A stretch of 64,000 bases of DNA. Source: Naegleria gruberi. Lineage: Eukaryota. Shown in pieces: positions 11,172-23,600 of the stretch (position 1 is its first letter; the number at the start of each line of letters is the position of its first letter). The position numbers and the translations under genes were made by a program. Location of the stretch: NCBI GenBank assembly GCA_000004985.1, contig GG738854.1; one strand, 5' to 3'. Below the pieces are notes generated by a model that saw only the letters and a program-made list of their open reading frames with translations, did no database searches and was not told the origin of the DNA.

Positions 11172-14100
11172 TTGTTGTTGGTATTTAGCCACCCATTCAA
11201 AAAAAACAACGACAAACACTCGGTGTTCCATCATCACACATCTTTTGTTGAATTATTTGGGGATGATGATAGTGCCACTATGGTTTTGAAACGACATCAT
11301 GATGAAGAACAGAATTATCTTAATCAGGATGGGAAGAAATTAAAGATATTATTGTTGTGGACAATGATAATGATGATTTGTTGTTATTCATCAATGTGTT
11401 TTAATATATTTGTGAATGGTACTTCCGAAGAATTATCCATACTTCCAATAATTGCATCATCATCTTCACCACCAATAAGAAGAATATCAACAAAACCAAC
11501 ATTAGCATTGGATCAAACCATTAGACAATTAGTGAATGAAATTATACATGAAGACCTCACCTATTCATCTTCCTTATCATCACCATCCACAAGAACATCA
11601 TTATCATCATCATCTCTATTAGGAACATCATCAGATGAAGAAAGTGTTACTGTCTATGTGAATCCACAGAATGGTTCTGATAGTATTGGATGTTCATCGG
11701 ATGCCATTACTTCATGTAAGACAATTCCATTCTCTTTGGATGATTTAAAAACAAATAGGAAAATTGTGAATACGAAACAGATTCTTCTCTATTTGCAGGC
11801 ATCTATTGAAGAGAAAGATGTTGGAGATGCTATTAATTGTAAAGGGTTTAATTTTACTGGAATTAACTTTTCTGAGGTTAAAATTTCAGCAAATAGTCCA
11901 GTAATTGTTAATTGTAATTATGTTTCGAATTGGAGTTCTAGTTTTAGATTTAATTTGACAATGAGTAATATAGTGTGGAGGAATTTTAATATTCCAATAG
12001 TTTCCACAATGGACTCAATTGTCATTGAAAATTCAGTGATTCAGAATGTAACCATTTCCATGTCAAAATTTCTCAATATTCGAAACTGTAGAGTTACCAG
12101 TGATGGAGCTGATTTTAGTATTCTTCATATGAATGATATTGAAAATGTGATAATAAGCCAGACGTCATTTGAGAAGAAAGCTATTGGATATTCCATTTCT
12201 AGAATTTCCTCAAATATTTATATTGAAAATATTAGTGTGGATAATAGTTTATTGATCTTTTATGGATTTGTTAGCATGGTAGATGGTTCTTCAGTGAAAA
12301 ATTCTCTCACTTTAGTGGATAGCAGATTCACAGCAAGTACAGTGAGGATTATTGAATTTAGTGAAATCTTTTTCAGGAATAATACTCATTCAGGAAATAT
12401 TCTACCTACAAACATTCCAAATATTGTCTCGTCATACTTTTCAGAGTATAGCTATTCTGGATTTTCTGTGAGCTGCCTCACTGTGAGAAGTGATTTGAGG
12501 GTGAGGAATGTAACAGTGGAGAATATGAAATTATATGGAGGAGCACTGATTGAAGGCCCAGGTCTGTATGCTCGATTCTTTGATTCCATTTTCAAAAATA
12601 ATAAGAATAACCTTGGAGGAGGAGCTATTCATGTGAGGACTGTTTTCAGAGTTTTCATTGAAAATGTCCAATTCCTTTCTAATAGTGTAGATTCTTCTAA
12701 TGGAAAATTAGGTTTGGATTACATTGGAGGTGGAGCCATTTATCAATACAGAAGTGTCCTCATCACCAGTGGCTGCTACTTTGACAGTAACAATGGTGGT
12801 ATATTTGGTGGAGCCATCTTTAGTTTCTTACCACTTGAATACTTTTCATTGGATGATAATTTCGTTTCCAATACTGCTGGTTATGGAGGAGGTTATGCCA
12901 GTATGGATACCATTTCCATTTCTCAAATTGCATTTACAGATACCTCCATGATAGGTAATAATTGTTCAAATTCTGGAGGTGCCATTTTCACAATGAATTC
13001 TGAAATTACATTCAGTTATGGATCTTCAGATTTCAAATCCATTTCTGGAAATAATGCAAATCTTTTGGGAGGTGGTATTTTCTTTATTAATTCAAAGCCA
13101 TCATTTGCATATAGAAGAATATCCAAAATATTTGTGAATAATTATTGTAAGGCATCTCCTTATTTATCAGATTATTCTTCATTTGCAACTGAAATTCAAA
13201 CAACTCCATCTGATTTTACCCTTAAACCTGGTACTGCGGATATTTTACTTTTTGATTTATATGACATGTTTGGAAATCAAGTTCCTTTCACGTCTAATTT
13301 AGAGATTGAAATGTCTTCAGATGATGCAATCTATCCAGAGATTAGTTCAATGAACTCACTTGCAACTGGTTTCCAAAAAAGATTTACTTTTACAGTTTAT
13401 TTGAAAACAAACCGATTTCTAACATTTAACACAACTGTGAATATGGTTATTGGTTTGACTAATATTCCATACGAAAAGAATTTGAATTTAAAGGTGAAAT
13501 TACAGAGTTGTTCGAGTGCAGAATCTCTAGTAGTCAACCTTTTCAAGAGTTCTACATCTAGGGTTTATTATGAATGTGGACCAAATGCAGCCTTGGTAGC
13601 TTCCTTAGTTGTCCTGGCATCTTGCTGTTGTGGAGCGTGTTGCCTTATTTTCTGTGTCTTTATTACTTATAAATTTGTAAAGATGAGAGGTCAGGTTGCA
13701 CTTTTAGCAAAGAAGGAAAAAGCTGAGGAAGAATTGACTAAAAAACTGATGGATCTCCAAACACTTTATAATAGTGAATTGGAAAATAAGCACTCATACA
13801 AGGAATGGCTTATTAAATTGGATGATGTGGAATTGATTAAGAAAGTTGGTGAGGGAGGAGGTGGAATTGTCTATTTGGCTAATTGGAAACGAGTTCCAGT
13901 TGCTTTGAAAACTATCAAGATTGAAGATGAGGATTTGGATTCTAATGATTTTGAACATGAGGCATCACTTTTGAGCTCAATTAGACATCCACATATTGTA
14001 ACATTTTATGGTAAGTTTACAATAATTTGGACCCATATCAAACAATTTTATTAGGAGTTTGTTTATCTAATTCTGCCAAATTCATGGTTACTGAATTTAT

Positions 14101-14981
14101 GCATGGAGGAAGTTTGGATACCTTTATTTATGGCTTGAAAAATCATAAAAAGAAGATTTCGTTCGTGCAAAAGATTAGAATACTTTCGAATATTGCTTCT
14201 GGAATGTCCTATCTCCATGACCGTTGCATCATGCACAGAGATTTGAAACCTGGAAATATTTTACTTTCGAATGAATTAACAGCAAAGATTACAGACTTTG
14301 GCTTGTCAAAACTCTATACTACGGATAGTGGAAGCATGACCAAGACTTGTACAGTTGGAACTTTACTATGTAAGTATTAGTTATTTGTTTAAATTGATTT
14401 GTTAATTTCCAATGTTAAAGATATGGCACCGGTATGTGAAATATTCTTAGATTTTTGTTAATATGTAATTAAATGATAATAGGAAGTTTTATTAGGAACT
14501 AAATATGATGAAAAGTGTGATATTTACAGTTTTTCTATTATAATGTGGCAAGGTGAGTATAAAATGGAATTTGTGAGAATATTTAATATGATTTCAACAA
14601 GTCTTATTTGAGGAATCGTCACTATTCAATTCATCCTACGTGAATGATCCTAAATACAGCTTAATTATGACAGAAACTCAAAAATTGGCTTTCAAGAATT
14701 TGAATGAGGCCTACATGGTTGTTCCAAAGATGGTAACTGAAGGTTTGAGACTTCCGTTACCTTCCTTGCCATTAAGTGATAGCTATGTGGATTATTGGAT
14801 ATATGCAGATTGTGGAGATAAAAAAGTGGGTGCCACTCTTAAGGATAGTTATGATTTCGTACTGGCAGGAATGTTTAAATTGATTGAGGAATGTTGGAAT
14901 GCAGAGGTAGCTCAAAGACCACCATTCACTCGTATAGTGGATAAATTAGTGGAATTTGAAAAAACTTTACAAAGTAAATAA
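11172..14981 (+). CDS. Receptor-like protein kinase with a Pmp-like beta-helix ectodomain; exons 11172-14010, 14055-14369, 14421-14431, 14483-14552, 14602-14981 (~1204 aa)
   Basis: The ectodomain carries repeated GGAI/GGGI and FxxN motifs (GGGAIHV, GGGAIYQY, GGAIFSF, SGGAIFTMNS, GGGIFFINS). A transmembrane segment follows (LVASLVVLASCCCGACCLIFCVFITY). Kinase subdomains are assembled across four small introns: GEGGGGIVYLA, VALK, HRDLKPGNILL, DFGLSK, GTLLYMAPEVL, DIYSFSIIMW and CW...RPPF. All splice phases are consistent. Confidence 0.65.
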
Positions 14982-15020
14982 ACATATTTTACCAAACCAA
15001 CAAGTCAGTTATAGTAATAT

Positions 15021-17375
15021 TTATTGAGCCTTATAGATAAATACTTGATCATAACTTCCAACGAAGAGTTCACCTGTTTCATCTAAAATATCTACTGCTT
15101 GAATTGGAATATCATTAACTAAAATCTTATCATAACCTTCCAAATTGACCAAACGAACACTCTTGTGATAATCATTCAACAAAATATTTCCAGTAGCTCT
15201 ATCAAGTCTCATTGAATCTGTATGTGCTCCAGCATTGTGTGTCTTTAAGATTCTTCCTTTAGAATTAATGAGATAGATTGTTGAACTATCTCCAATGTAG
15301 AATTGATCTTCAACGCCAGAATACAAGACAGAGCAGAAGCAATAATAACGAGATTTTCCTTGGGAATCTTCTGAAATGACTTTTCCACTCTGACCATCCT
15401 TTGTACACATTTGGATAATTTGAGTTCCACAACCTTCCGTCAAGCACATAATTGAAGAATCTAATTGGTTGACTGCAATGTAACGTGGAATGAATTTAAA
15501 TCCTTTTTGTTCTCTGTTATGATAATCAACTTTCCACATGATATCTCCTTCATAACTGAATTTGTAAAATGCATCAGTAGCCACAACGATTGTATCCTCA
15601 TTGTAATCTATATCAATATCATAAATACTTTGACAATCTCCAACTGGAACCTTAATTGTCTTGATGTGTCTCTTTGTTGTCAAATCAAAGATGTGAACTT
15701 TCAATCTTTCAGCCACAAGCAAATGCTTTTTCTTTTGATGAACAACCATGGCAATCAATCCTGAAAATTTGAACTCACCACAATCTTCTTCATCACCCAA
15801 TATAGCTAATCTCTTCATATTTCTATTTGGAGTGACCTTTGGTGGTTGAGTAACTGGTAATGGTCTAATTCCCATTTGAGAAACCAAGTGAGCTTCACCA
15901 GATTTGTAAATTACAATCTTATTGTGGAATGAGACGTATAATTCACCCAATTGATCAGAAACTTCACAACAACTTGTGCCACCTTCTTCAGCAAAACTCT
16001 TTGAATAACCTTCCATATTAACAAACTTGATGCATTTGTGATAATCACTCAAAATGAGACAACCAGTGTAATGGTCAACTCTCAATGAATCAGGAGTAGC
16101 TTCCAATTGATGAGTTTTCAAAATTTTACCAGTTGAGTCAATCAAGTAAATTGTTGAACTATCTCCAATATAAAATTGATCTCCATAACCAGAATAACAA
16201 ATAGAATGGAAGCAATAATAACGAGATTTTCCTTGAGAATCTTCTGAAATGACCTTTCCACCTTTTCCATCCCTTGTCATGATTTGCAATACTTGAGTTC
16301 CACTTCCTTCAGTTGCACACAACACAGACGAATCAGCTTGGTTGACTGCAATATAACGTGGCACAAATTTCATTCCCTTTTCTTCCATATTTTGTGAATT
16401 GAGTTTCATTATCAAATCTCCTTCAAAATTAAGCTTGAAAAGCGAATAATCTGCAATGACATAAAAAGTGTCATCATTGTAATCAATGTCAATATCAGTT
16501 GGATAACTGCCACTTCCCCATAAATGGTTACAATTCAAAGTTTTCAAATTTCTCTTGGTGTTCAAATCGAAAATGTGAATATATTTCCAATCAGCAACGA
16601 AAAGCCAATTTCTCTTTTGATGGACAACCATTGCATAGACATTTTGAAATTTGAATTCGCCACAATCTTCTTCTTCGCCCAAAGTTGCAATTTTTTGATA
16701 GGTTAAATTACGTGGAGTTGGTTTTTGTGGAATACTTGTTGGTAAATGTTGTGGAATTTGAGTTTGTGGTTGACCAAATGGTTGTTGTTGAGGTGGAGGA
16801 ACACCAGTTTGAGGTGGAAATTGTCCATAAGGAATTTGAGTTTGTGGTTGTCCATATGGTTGTGGTTGACCTGGAATGCCAGTTTGAGGTGAATATTGTG
16901 GTTGACCATAAGGTTGATTTACGTATTGTGGAGGATATTGTTGAGGAGGAACATTTGGTTGACCATAATATCCTTGTTGAGGTGGATATTGTTGATTAGT
17001 TTGTGGTTGACCAAATGGTTGAATTTGTGGTGAATATTGACCAACAACATTTGGTTGACCAGTTGGAGGAGGAATTTGAGAAGTACCAATTGGTTGTTGA
17101 CCTACTTGTGGTGAATATTGTGGTTGTCCATAATATCCTTGTGGAGGATATTGTGGTTGTCCATATGGTTGTGCATAACCTCCATAATAACCTCCTTGTG
17201 GTTGTTGTTGTTGTGGAGGATATCCATAACCTTGTTGTGGTGGATATTGTGGTTGACCATATGGTTGTTGTTGTGGATGGGGTGGGTATTGGTAATAGCC
17301 TTGTTGTTGTTGTTGTGGAGGTTGGTGTTGACCAGTAGTTGGTTGAGAGTTTGTTGGTGGTGTGTTAATTGACAT
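15021..17375 (-). CDS. Prion-like P/Q/Y-rich N-terminus plus two tandem NHL-like propeller domains (784 aa)
   Basis: Single ORF. The first ~230 aa are degenerate GQPQYPPQ-type repeats. Two ~270-aa units follow, each starting LG(E/D)EEDCGEFKF and ending ...VSEDSQGKSRYYCF...DQFYIGDSSTIYLI. Both units are homologous to the B-box paralog propellers. Confidence 0.55.
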   Translation of the reverse strand: MSINTPPTNSQPTTGQHQPPQQQQQGYYQYPPHPQQQPYGQPQYPPQQGYGYPPQQQQPQGGYYGGYAQPYGQPQYPPQGYYGQPQYSPQVGQQPIGTSQIPPPTGQPNVVGQYSPQIQPFGQPQTNQQYPPQQGYYGQPNVPPQQYPPQYVNQPYGQPQYSPQTGIPGQPQPYGQPQTQIPYGQFPPQTGVPPPQQQPFGQPQTQIPQHLPTSIPQKPTPRNLTYQKIATLGEEEDCGEFKFQNVYAMVVHQKRNWLFVADWKYIHIFDLNTKRNLKTLNCNHLWGSGSYPTDIDIDYNDDTFYVIADYSLFKLNFEGDLIMKLNSQNMEEKGMKFVPRYIAVNQADSSVLCATEGSGTQVLQIMTRDGKGGKVISEDSQGKSRYYCFHSICYSGYGDQFYIGDSSTIYLIDSTGKILKTHQLEATPDSLRVDHYTGCLILSDYHKCIKFVNMEGYSKSFAEEGGTSCCEVSDQLGELYVSFHNKIVIYKSGEAHLVSQMGIRPLPVTQPPKVTPNRNMKRLAILGDEEDCGEFKFSGLIAMVVHQKKKHLLVAERLKVHIFDLTTKRHIKTIKVPVGDCQSIYDIDIDYNEDTIVVATDAFYKFSYEGDIMWKVDYHNREQKGFKFIPRYIAVNQLDSSIMCLTEGCGTQIIQMCTKDGQSGKVISEDSQGKSRYYCFCSVLYSGVEDQFYIGDSSTIYLINSKGRILKTHNAGAHTDSMRLDRATGNILLNDYHKSVRLVNLEGYDKILVNDIPIQAVDILDETGELFVGSYDQVFIYKAQ
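15024..16700 (-). repeat. Internal tandem duplication of a ~270-aa propeller-like domain (copy 1 ~16700-15900, copy 2 ~15830-15024)
   Basis: The two halves align residue by residue. Examples are LGEEEDCGEFKFQNVYAMVVHQKRNWLFVADWKYIHIFDLNTKRNLKT against LGDEEDCGEFKFSGLIAMVVHQKKKHLLVAERLKVHIFDLTTKRHIKT, and KFVPRYIAVNQADSSVLCATEGSGTQVLQI against KFIPRYIAVNQLDSSIMCLTEGCGTQIIQM. Confidence 0.55.
16701..17372 (-). repeat. Low-complexity coding repeat (P/Q/Y/G-rich, degenerate octapeptide GQPQYPPQ units)
   Basis: Direct inspection of the translation. The antisense frame gives artefactual V/E-rich ORFs (16685-17338 +). Confidence 0.6.
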
Positions 17376-18669
17376 TTTTTTTTGTTTGTTGTTATTAATT
17401 AGACTTTGTTGGTTTCCTTTTTTAAATGATTAACTTGTCAAGTTTCTCTTAATTTTACAATGTGAAATGTTCAGGGAGAGTTCTGGTTGAGTGAAAGGAA
17501 TTTGTTCACACATTTCAAACTGGTGTATGATTATTGAAATTTACTATCTTCAGATTATTTAATTACTTGTGACAAACGTTGAAATAATATAGTGGGTCAA
17601 TTTGTGAATACTAAGAAACGGACTTATTCTTAAAGATTTCATTCCCAAGATCGAATATTTCATGTCAATTATTATTAGTAGCATTGTCATTATTTATATA
17701 ACTCCATAATTATTCAAGTTTCGTCATCTGATCCAAGATTTATTCAGAATTAAGGAAAAAAAGAGTGTTAAGGAGTGCCTTATATAAAAAAAAGTGAAAT
17801 TTATTATTAATTTGATATGTACTAATACATGGGAAAGTTGCACGATTTGGAAATTTAATTTGGGCGAGTAAATAACCAAATCTTAGTCAACCAAACCGGA
17901 ACTTGACCAACACAAAAGAACAGGAATAAATTATAATAAATATGATGTTTATTATCAATTTAAATAGTACTACTAGAAGAAACTTTTTGATTTGGTGAAG
18001 TACATGATGGGTAGTATACATGTGTATTTTCAAATTTCACACATACCTTTCCCTATCATTACTTGACCAAAAGTCATCGGACAAAATCTTTTCTGATACT
18101 ATTGACCATTCCGAACAATACTATATTGACAGATTTCCAACTTGTACAGTAGATTCCACACTGATGATGAATAGTAGTGAGAACTAAAATTAAATTACTA
18201 AAAATTAATTTCCACAAATACTATTATTATATCGATGGAAAATATCATTGATGATGGTTGGTGAATGATCAGATGATGGTATCACTAACATGACTTTTTC
18301 CATGATGAAAAATAATTTCTAATTTCATGATGATAATTTTCCAATAAAAATCACTATTACTACTATTATATAGATGATGTAGAGATGACGAGCTGAAATT
18401 ATTGTAGTATAAAGATGTGAAACCACTCCGTAAATCATCAAAGTACATCACGTACTAGAGGTTGAATTTTTTTTTAATTTTTTTTTCTTCCAAAATCCAA
18501 ATCCAAGTCGGGATGTGATATTCTTTCAATTTTTGTGTTATGCAACATTTTCAATAAATATATTTCAACTAATTGCATGGATGAGAAACACCAAACACAT
18601 TGAAATTCATTTATTGAAATCCAGTCACATCTCAGCTAAACTGGAAATTTGTTTCTAATAGTTTCTGAA

Positions 18670-19010
18670 TTACAAATTATAACGCATGCAATGATGATAA
18701 CAAGAAACCTTATAATCACCAGTACTACCAGCACAATATCTAGCACAATCAAATGAAGAGGCATCACTCAAACTCTTTACAACGTTATCAACAGTCTTAG
18801 GAGCAAGACGTCTTTTGATTGACTCTTGGGAATAACTTTCTAATAATTTGACGATCACTTGCATCTGGATACAAGTTACGAGCAAGTTTTCTCAAAAGAG
18901 CAGCAGAGTCAATTGGTTGTTCTTCTCTGGCTTGAGTGAAGGATGCAATACAAGCAAACAATGCAATTAAAGCAAATAAGATACACTATGTAATCTTGTT
19001 CATTTTGTTT
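18670..19010 (-). CDS. Candidate small secreted Cys-containing peptide gene; uncertain, with an in-frame TAG 5 codons after the ATG
   Basis: Minus strand reads ATG AAC AAG ATT ACA TAG then CILFALIALFACIASFTQA (signal-peptide-like), then REEQPIDSAALLRKLARNLYPD. The 71-aa ORF at 18670-18885, with five Cys and CYHHCMRYNL, lies in a different frame and overlaps. Confidence 0.2.
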
Positions 19011-19370
19011 TTTTCGAACAGGGCTTAATTAATGCCAGCTGGCATGATTTAAAACCAAAGAAAGACAGTTAGTTGTGTGGCTCTATTGTAAACAATTTGT
19101 CCGGTCCAGCTTTTAATTGATTATTTGCCATAGGTGTTACAGCAAGTTTGTTATGTAACACAAACCTCCAAAAACAGATTGATCGAAAAGACCATACCAA
19201 ATTCAAATAGTGCTACCCCTATTAAATCACAGATAACAATTACAATGCTGTAAATGTGTTTATTCTACAAATTTTCTCCAGCTATTACCTTGTTGTTAGC
19301 ACCAATTTTCTATGTGTTGTGGCGTGAGTTTAGCTGATGAAATAAGCTATTAAGAATTGTTTAAATAAAA

Positions 19371-20567
19371 ATGAGAAAACCCGATGTAGACTCTCATGGT
19401 GATGATGATGATGCATTATTAGATTTTATTACTGAGGAAGGATTGTATGAGCATGATCCGAATGCTACCCCAATTGGAGTAAATACTACCGAGGCAATGA
19501 TGTTCGAAACTCTAATATTCAATATTAAGGACAGTGAGAATTCTGTTTCCACTATTAAAATAATACCAACCGAAAATGAAACCCTGCACTATAATGCTAA
19601 TTCCTTAATTCCAATGAAAAACGACAAGATAATCAATAAGAGAAATGTGATTACTCCCAAATTTATATCAAAAAAGCATTGCTTTAAAGCAAATCATGAA
19701 AATCTCAACTCAATTTCGGAGCAGGTTTGCAAAATAACTGCCTTAATGAATAGTGCCTCCGACTCAATTATTTACTCATCAATTGGTACTGCAGTGATTG
19801 TGCTCAATAATATGAAAGGATACGTTATGGCATTCACGTGTGCTCATGTTTTGTATCCAACTAAAGATCATGATTTATCCCTTGTTGAGGTTGTTGCAGA
19901 AATTGATGGAAAGAAAGGACAGTGTGTTGTTGTAGAAGAAGGGGCCTTTCGACTCAGTAATCAAGTTTCGGATGACTGGGTATTGTTAAAGATAATTGTT
20001 GAGGATTTGGAACCACTTCAATATGTACCAATTATTCCTTCTCCATCAATGATTGGATTGTTGAACCATATTACAGATAGCAATTATTGTCCTGAGTTTT
20101 ACACTACTCTCTTGTTTGGTTACTTTGTTGGGAATAACCATCTAGAAGAACTAAAGCTCAGAAAGTTAGGATTGAATAGTTCAGATGTTTGGAAATTAGT
20201 CCCACAAGAACAAATGTCGGCATCTTTGGGTTGGACAGTGGAAACTTGCAACAGTAATGTTATTTACAATAGTGGAAGTTTGAATTCTTGTTCTGGAGGA
20301 CCAGTTTTCAAATGTAGGATAAAGGTAGAAGAAGTGTTGGAATGTGACAATACTGATCTAGCATCCTTAATGGAGAAAAGCTATTTCTCGATCGGTTTAC
20401 TGGGACTTCATTGTGGTGGAGCAACTGGAGGGAATATAATATGTTCATCTCATAACTATTTCAAGAGCTATTATTTCAATGTTTACACTCCTCACAAGAA
20501 TTGTTTCTCTAAAGAAGATCAACACAAAATTGAAATGGAATGGGATTTTATTAATCAATTATCCTAA
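19371..20567 (+). CDS. Chymotrypsin-fold (trypsin-like) serine peptidase domain protein
   Basis: A catalytic His context (AFTCAHVL), acidic residues, and NSCSGGPVF resembling GDSGGP appear in the expected order. The resemblance is weak and rests on motifs only. Confidence 0.35.
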   Translation: MRKPDVDSHGDDDDALLDFITEEGLYEHDPNATPIGVNTTEAMMFETLIFNIKDSENSVSTIKIIPTENETLHYNANSLIPMKNDKIINKRNVITPKFISKKHCFKANHENLNSISEQVCKITALMNSASDSIIYSSIGTAVIVLNNMKGYVMAFTCAHVLYPTKDHDLSLVEVVAEIDGKKGQCVVVEEGAFRLSNQVSDDWVLLKIIVEDLEPLQYVPIIPSPSMIGLLNHITDSNYCPEFYTTLLFGYFVGNNHLEELKLRKLGLNSSDVWKLVPQEQMSASLGWTVETCNSNVIYNSGSLNSCSGGPVFKCRIKVEEVLECDNTDLASLMEKSYFSIGLLGLHCGGATGGNIICSSHNYFKSYYFNVYTPHKNCFSKEDQHKIEMEWDFINQLS

Positions 20568-20645
20568 CTCCTTAATGATTTCATTCCATTCCAACACCAC
20601 ATCAACTAATTGAAAATATTTCCACATTAACATTAACATTTATGT

Positions 20646-23600
20646 TTATTTCTTGTTCTTTCTTTTAACAAAAATGCAAACGACAACAATTAAAGCAATA
20701 ATTGTACCAATGACACACAATCCACCAACACTACCAACAATGGCAGCAATCAATACAGTATTATCTTGTAGAATGGCTGCATCTTCCTTGTTTGGTTGAC
20801 TTGTTGCTTTTTTGTAATTTTGGTCAATTACTGAAAAGGATGTCAAATGATTTGTGTTACATTTGATTGACAATGTTACGGTGACATTTCCATCGGCAAG
20901 TTGCTGAGTAATGATTTGATTTTGAATTTCAGTTTCCAATCCATCTGATTTCCATTCTTTTGAATTTTCATCCAAGTAAACACATGAAATATTCAATTTT
21001 TCTATATTTGGTAGAGTTAATGTTACATTTTCAAAGGAGAATGAAATTGGTTGTTGCAAATTTTGGACTGTAATCTTTTCATTTGAATTTGATTTCAATA
21101 AAACTAATGAAACAACTTGAGAAATTACAGCAGTTTCGGATTTCTTACTTTCAGATAGAGAAGAAACTACTTGAACTGAATCATTCTTCAGAGAAATTTC
21201 AGAACTTTGAAGATATTGAGAAATGATTGATGGAAGTGAAATTGAAATGGATGGAGTTGACGAAAATTGAATAGTCTTTGAATCTAATTGAGTGATATTC
21301 GAAACTATGCTTGTTTGAGATTCAGTTGTGTTGAAAGATGAAGATGAGCAAACAGTTGAAGTTGGATAAAGAGTACAATAATCAGCAATAGAACAATCCA
21401 ATCCTGAATATCCAGTCAAGCAAGAGCAACTATTCAATGCTTGACAAGTTCCCTTACCAGAACAAACTTTCGAATCATCAAACGAAACTCCATAACATGT
21501 TGTAATGTTACACACCAATCCACCCGATGGTAATTGATTCATAATATATCCAACTGGACAATAAGGAGTCAACATTCTAATTCTCATATTCATGGTATCA
21601 GCAAATACAATTCTGCCATCTTTCAAAGTTGATAATCCTGTTGGATTGTTCAACAATGAATTCTTTGCATTGGAAGAATCTCCATTGAAACCTGCTTGGA
21701 AAGGTTTTCCTGCAATTAAGGTGATATTTCCAATCAAGTCAACCTTTCGAATAACATTATTATTGGTATCTGCAATAATCACTTCTCCATTTGGTAAATA
21801 AGCAACTGAGCTTGGGTTATTGAGATAGGATTGAGTTGCCAATTCATTTTCTGGCATTGAAACAATACCTATATTAGTTCCCTTTCCTGCAATAGTTGTC
21901 ACTTTGCCTTTTCCAGAAATATCTGTCTTTCTAATTTTGTTATTTCCTGAATCGGTAAATAGAATTTGATTATTAAGAATTCTAATATCATTAACAAGAT
22001 TAATATTTGTCTTATTGGCAAAATTATCTCCATTATCAGTGTAATAATAAGCACCAACCACTGAATCAATTAATCCACTTGAAAATGAAACCTTTCGAAT
22101 TCTATAATTTCCCTTATCGGAAAGGTATAGATCTGTATCAGTAAGGGCCATAGACGAAACAGTTGACAGCTCAGAATTGACAGCTAAACCTCCATCTCCA
22201 ATTCCACCAGCTATCGTAACAACCTGTCCAGACGAAACCTTTCTAATCAAATACACATCGACAAAATAAACTTCACCATTCCAATAAACTACACATTGAG
22301 GAACGGCAATACTTGTGGACAAAGCAGGTCCATCACCAGTTGTGGCCATATAGGACACTAGTCCAGCAATAGTCGAAACCATATTCGAACCATAAATCAT
22401 TCGCTTAATGCCATGAGTAGACGGACTGTCAAAGTACAAATCTCCGTTCGGAGCGAATGAAATTGCAGAAACTCCGCCAATATTTGTTGCATTGGCTAAA
22501 CTTGTGGCAGAAAGTGATTGACCACCTCCAATTACTGTATAGACCTTTCCATCTTGTGAATTAACTCTTCTAATGAGATATTTTCCAGTACTACCACCAA
22601 TGTCAACAAAATACAATTCTAAACTAATTGGATGAATAGCTAAACCTCTTGGATAAACTGAGGTGGAAGTGGCATTGAATCCATCTGCAGTGAAGGCGGA
22701 AGATCCTGTTCCAATAACTGTGTAGATTTTACCTGTGCTGGCATCAATCTTTCTAATTCTGTAATTCTGGTTTTCTTTTTAAAAATTATATTAGAAATAG
22801 TTTTGAATAAACTTACCTGAATAGAAAATATCACCATTACTTGCATTAACGCAAATACCAGATGGATAATTCATATTTGTGGAGAGCGCAGACAATCCCT
22901 CTCCATTATATGTGGTATTTCCTGTTCCAGCAATTGTTGTAATATTTCCAGAGACGAAACTCAACTTTCTAATTCGATTGTTGGAAGATTCTGTAATTAA
23001 CAAATCACCATTTGGTGTGAAAGCTAGAAAACCTGGTCCATTTAACTTGGCTTTCAATGCTGGTCCATCTACATATCCTGCTGAACCAGTTCCTGCTACA
23101 GTGGAGATGACACCTTTCGAATCAATCTTTCGAATAGTGTGACTGCCCTTATCACTGATGAAAACTTCACCACTTGTTGAGATTGCTATTCCTTCTGGGC
23201 TTGACAATCTAGCTGCAGTAGCTGGATATCCATCTCCAGAGCTATAAGCTTGTGAACCAGCAAAAGATGAAATAAGCTTATTAGAATCGGTTAGTTTCTT
23301 AATTCCAATAGTGGTACCAATGTAAATATCACTTGAGGATTCTGATTGAGTAACTGAAATGGGAGTATAAAGCGAAGTTAAATTTCCCAATTTTCCATCA
23401 GTGTCCAATTCGATAATTCCAGTTCCAGCCACACGGTCAACCAATGAATTTCCATAATTAGCAACTGAATTAAGTTTTAAAACAACTCCAACTGAACTAT
23501 CCACTACCAACAATTCATCTCTTTTAGAATTATAAAATGTAGATACTGGATTCAAAAGTGAAATATTCGAAACATTTCCTGAAAGTACTTGATATCTTAT

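Noticed and set aside
16685-17338. V/E/D-rich ORFs on the plus strand
   Set aside because: They are antisense translations of the P/Q/Y-rich repeat (CAA/CCA-rich DNA gives TTG/TGG on the other strand). This is an artefact of repeat composition.
22805-22825. Motifs such as aaacttacctg that resemble the 5' end of U1 snRNA
   Set aside because: They are simply the reverse complements of CAG|GTAAGT splice donors of minus-strand genes. No snRNA-length conserved structure follows.
22640-22846. 68-aa ORF overlapping the last intron and exon of the NHL receptor gene
   Set aside because: It is an alternative frame of real coding sequence. The in-frame splice model (22817 joined to 22774) explains the region.
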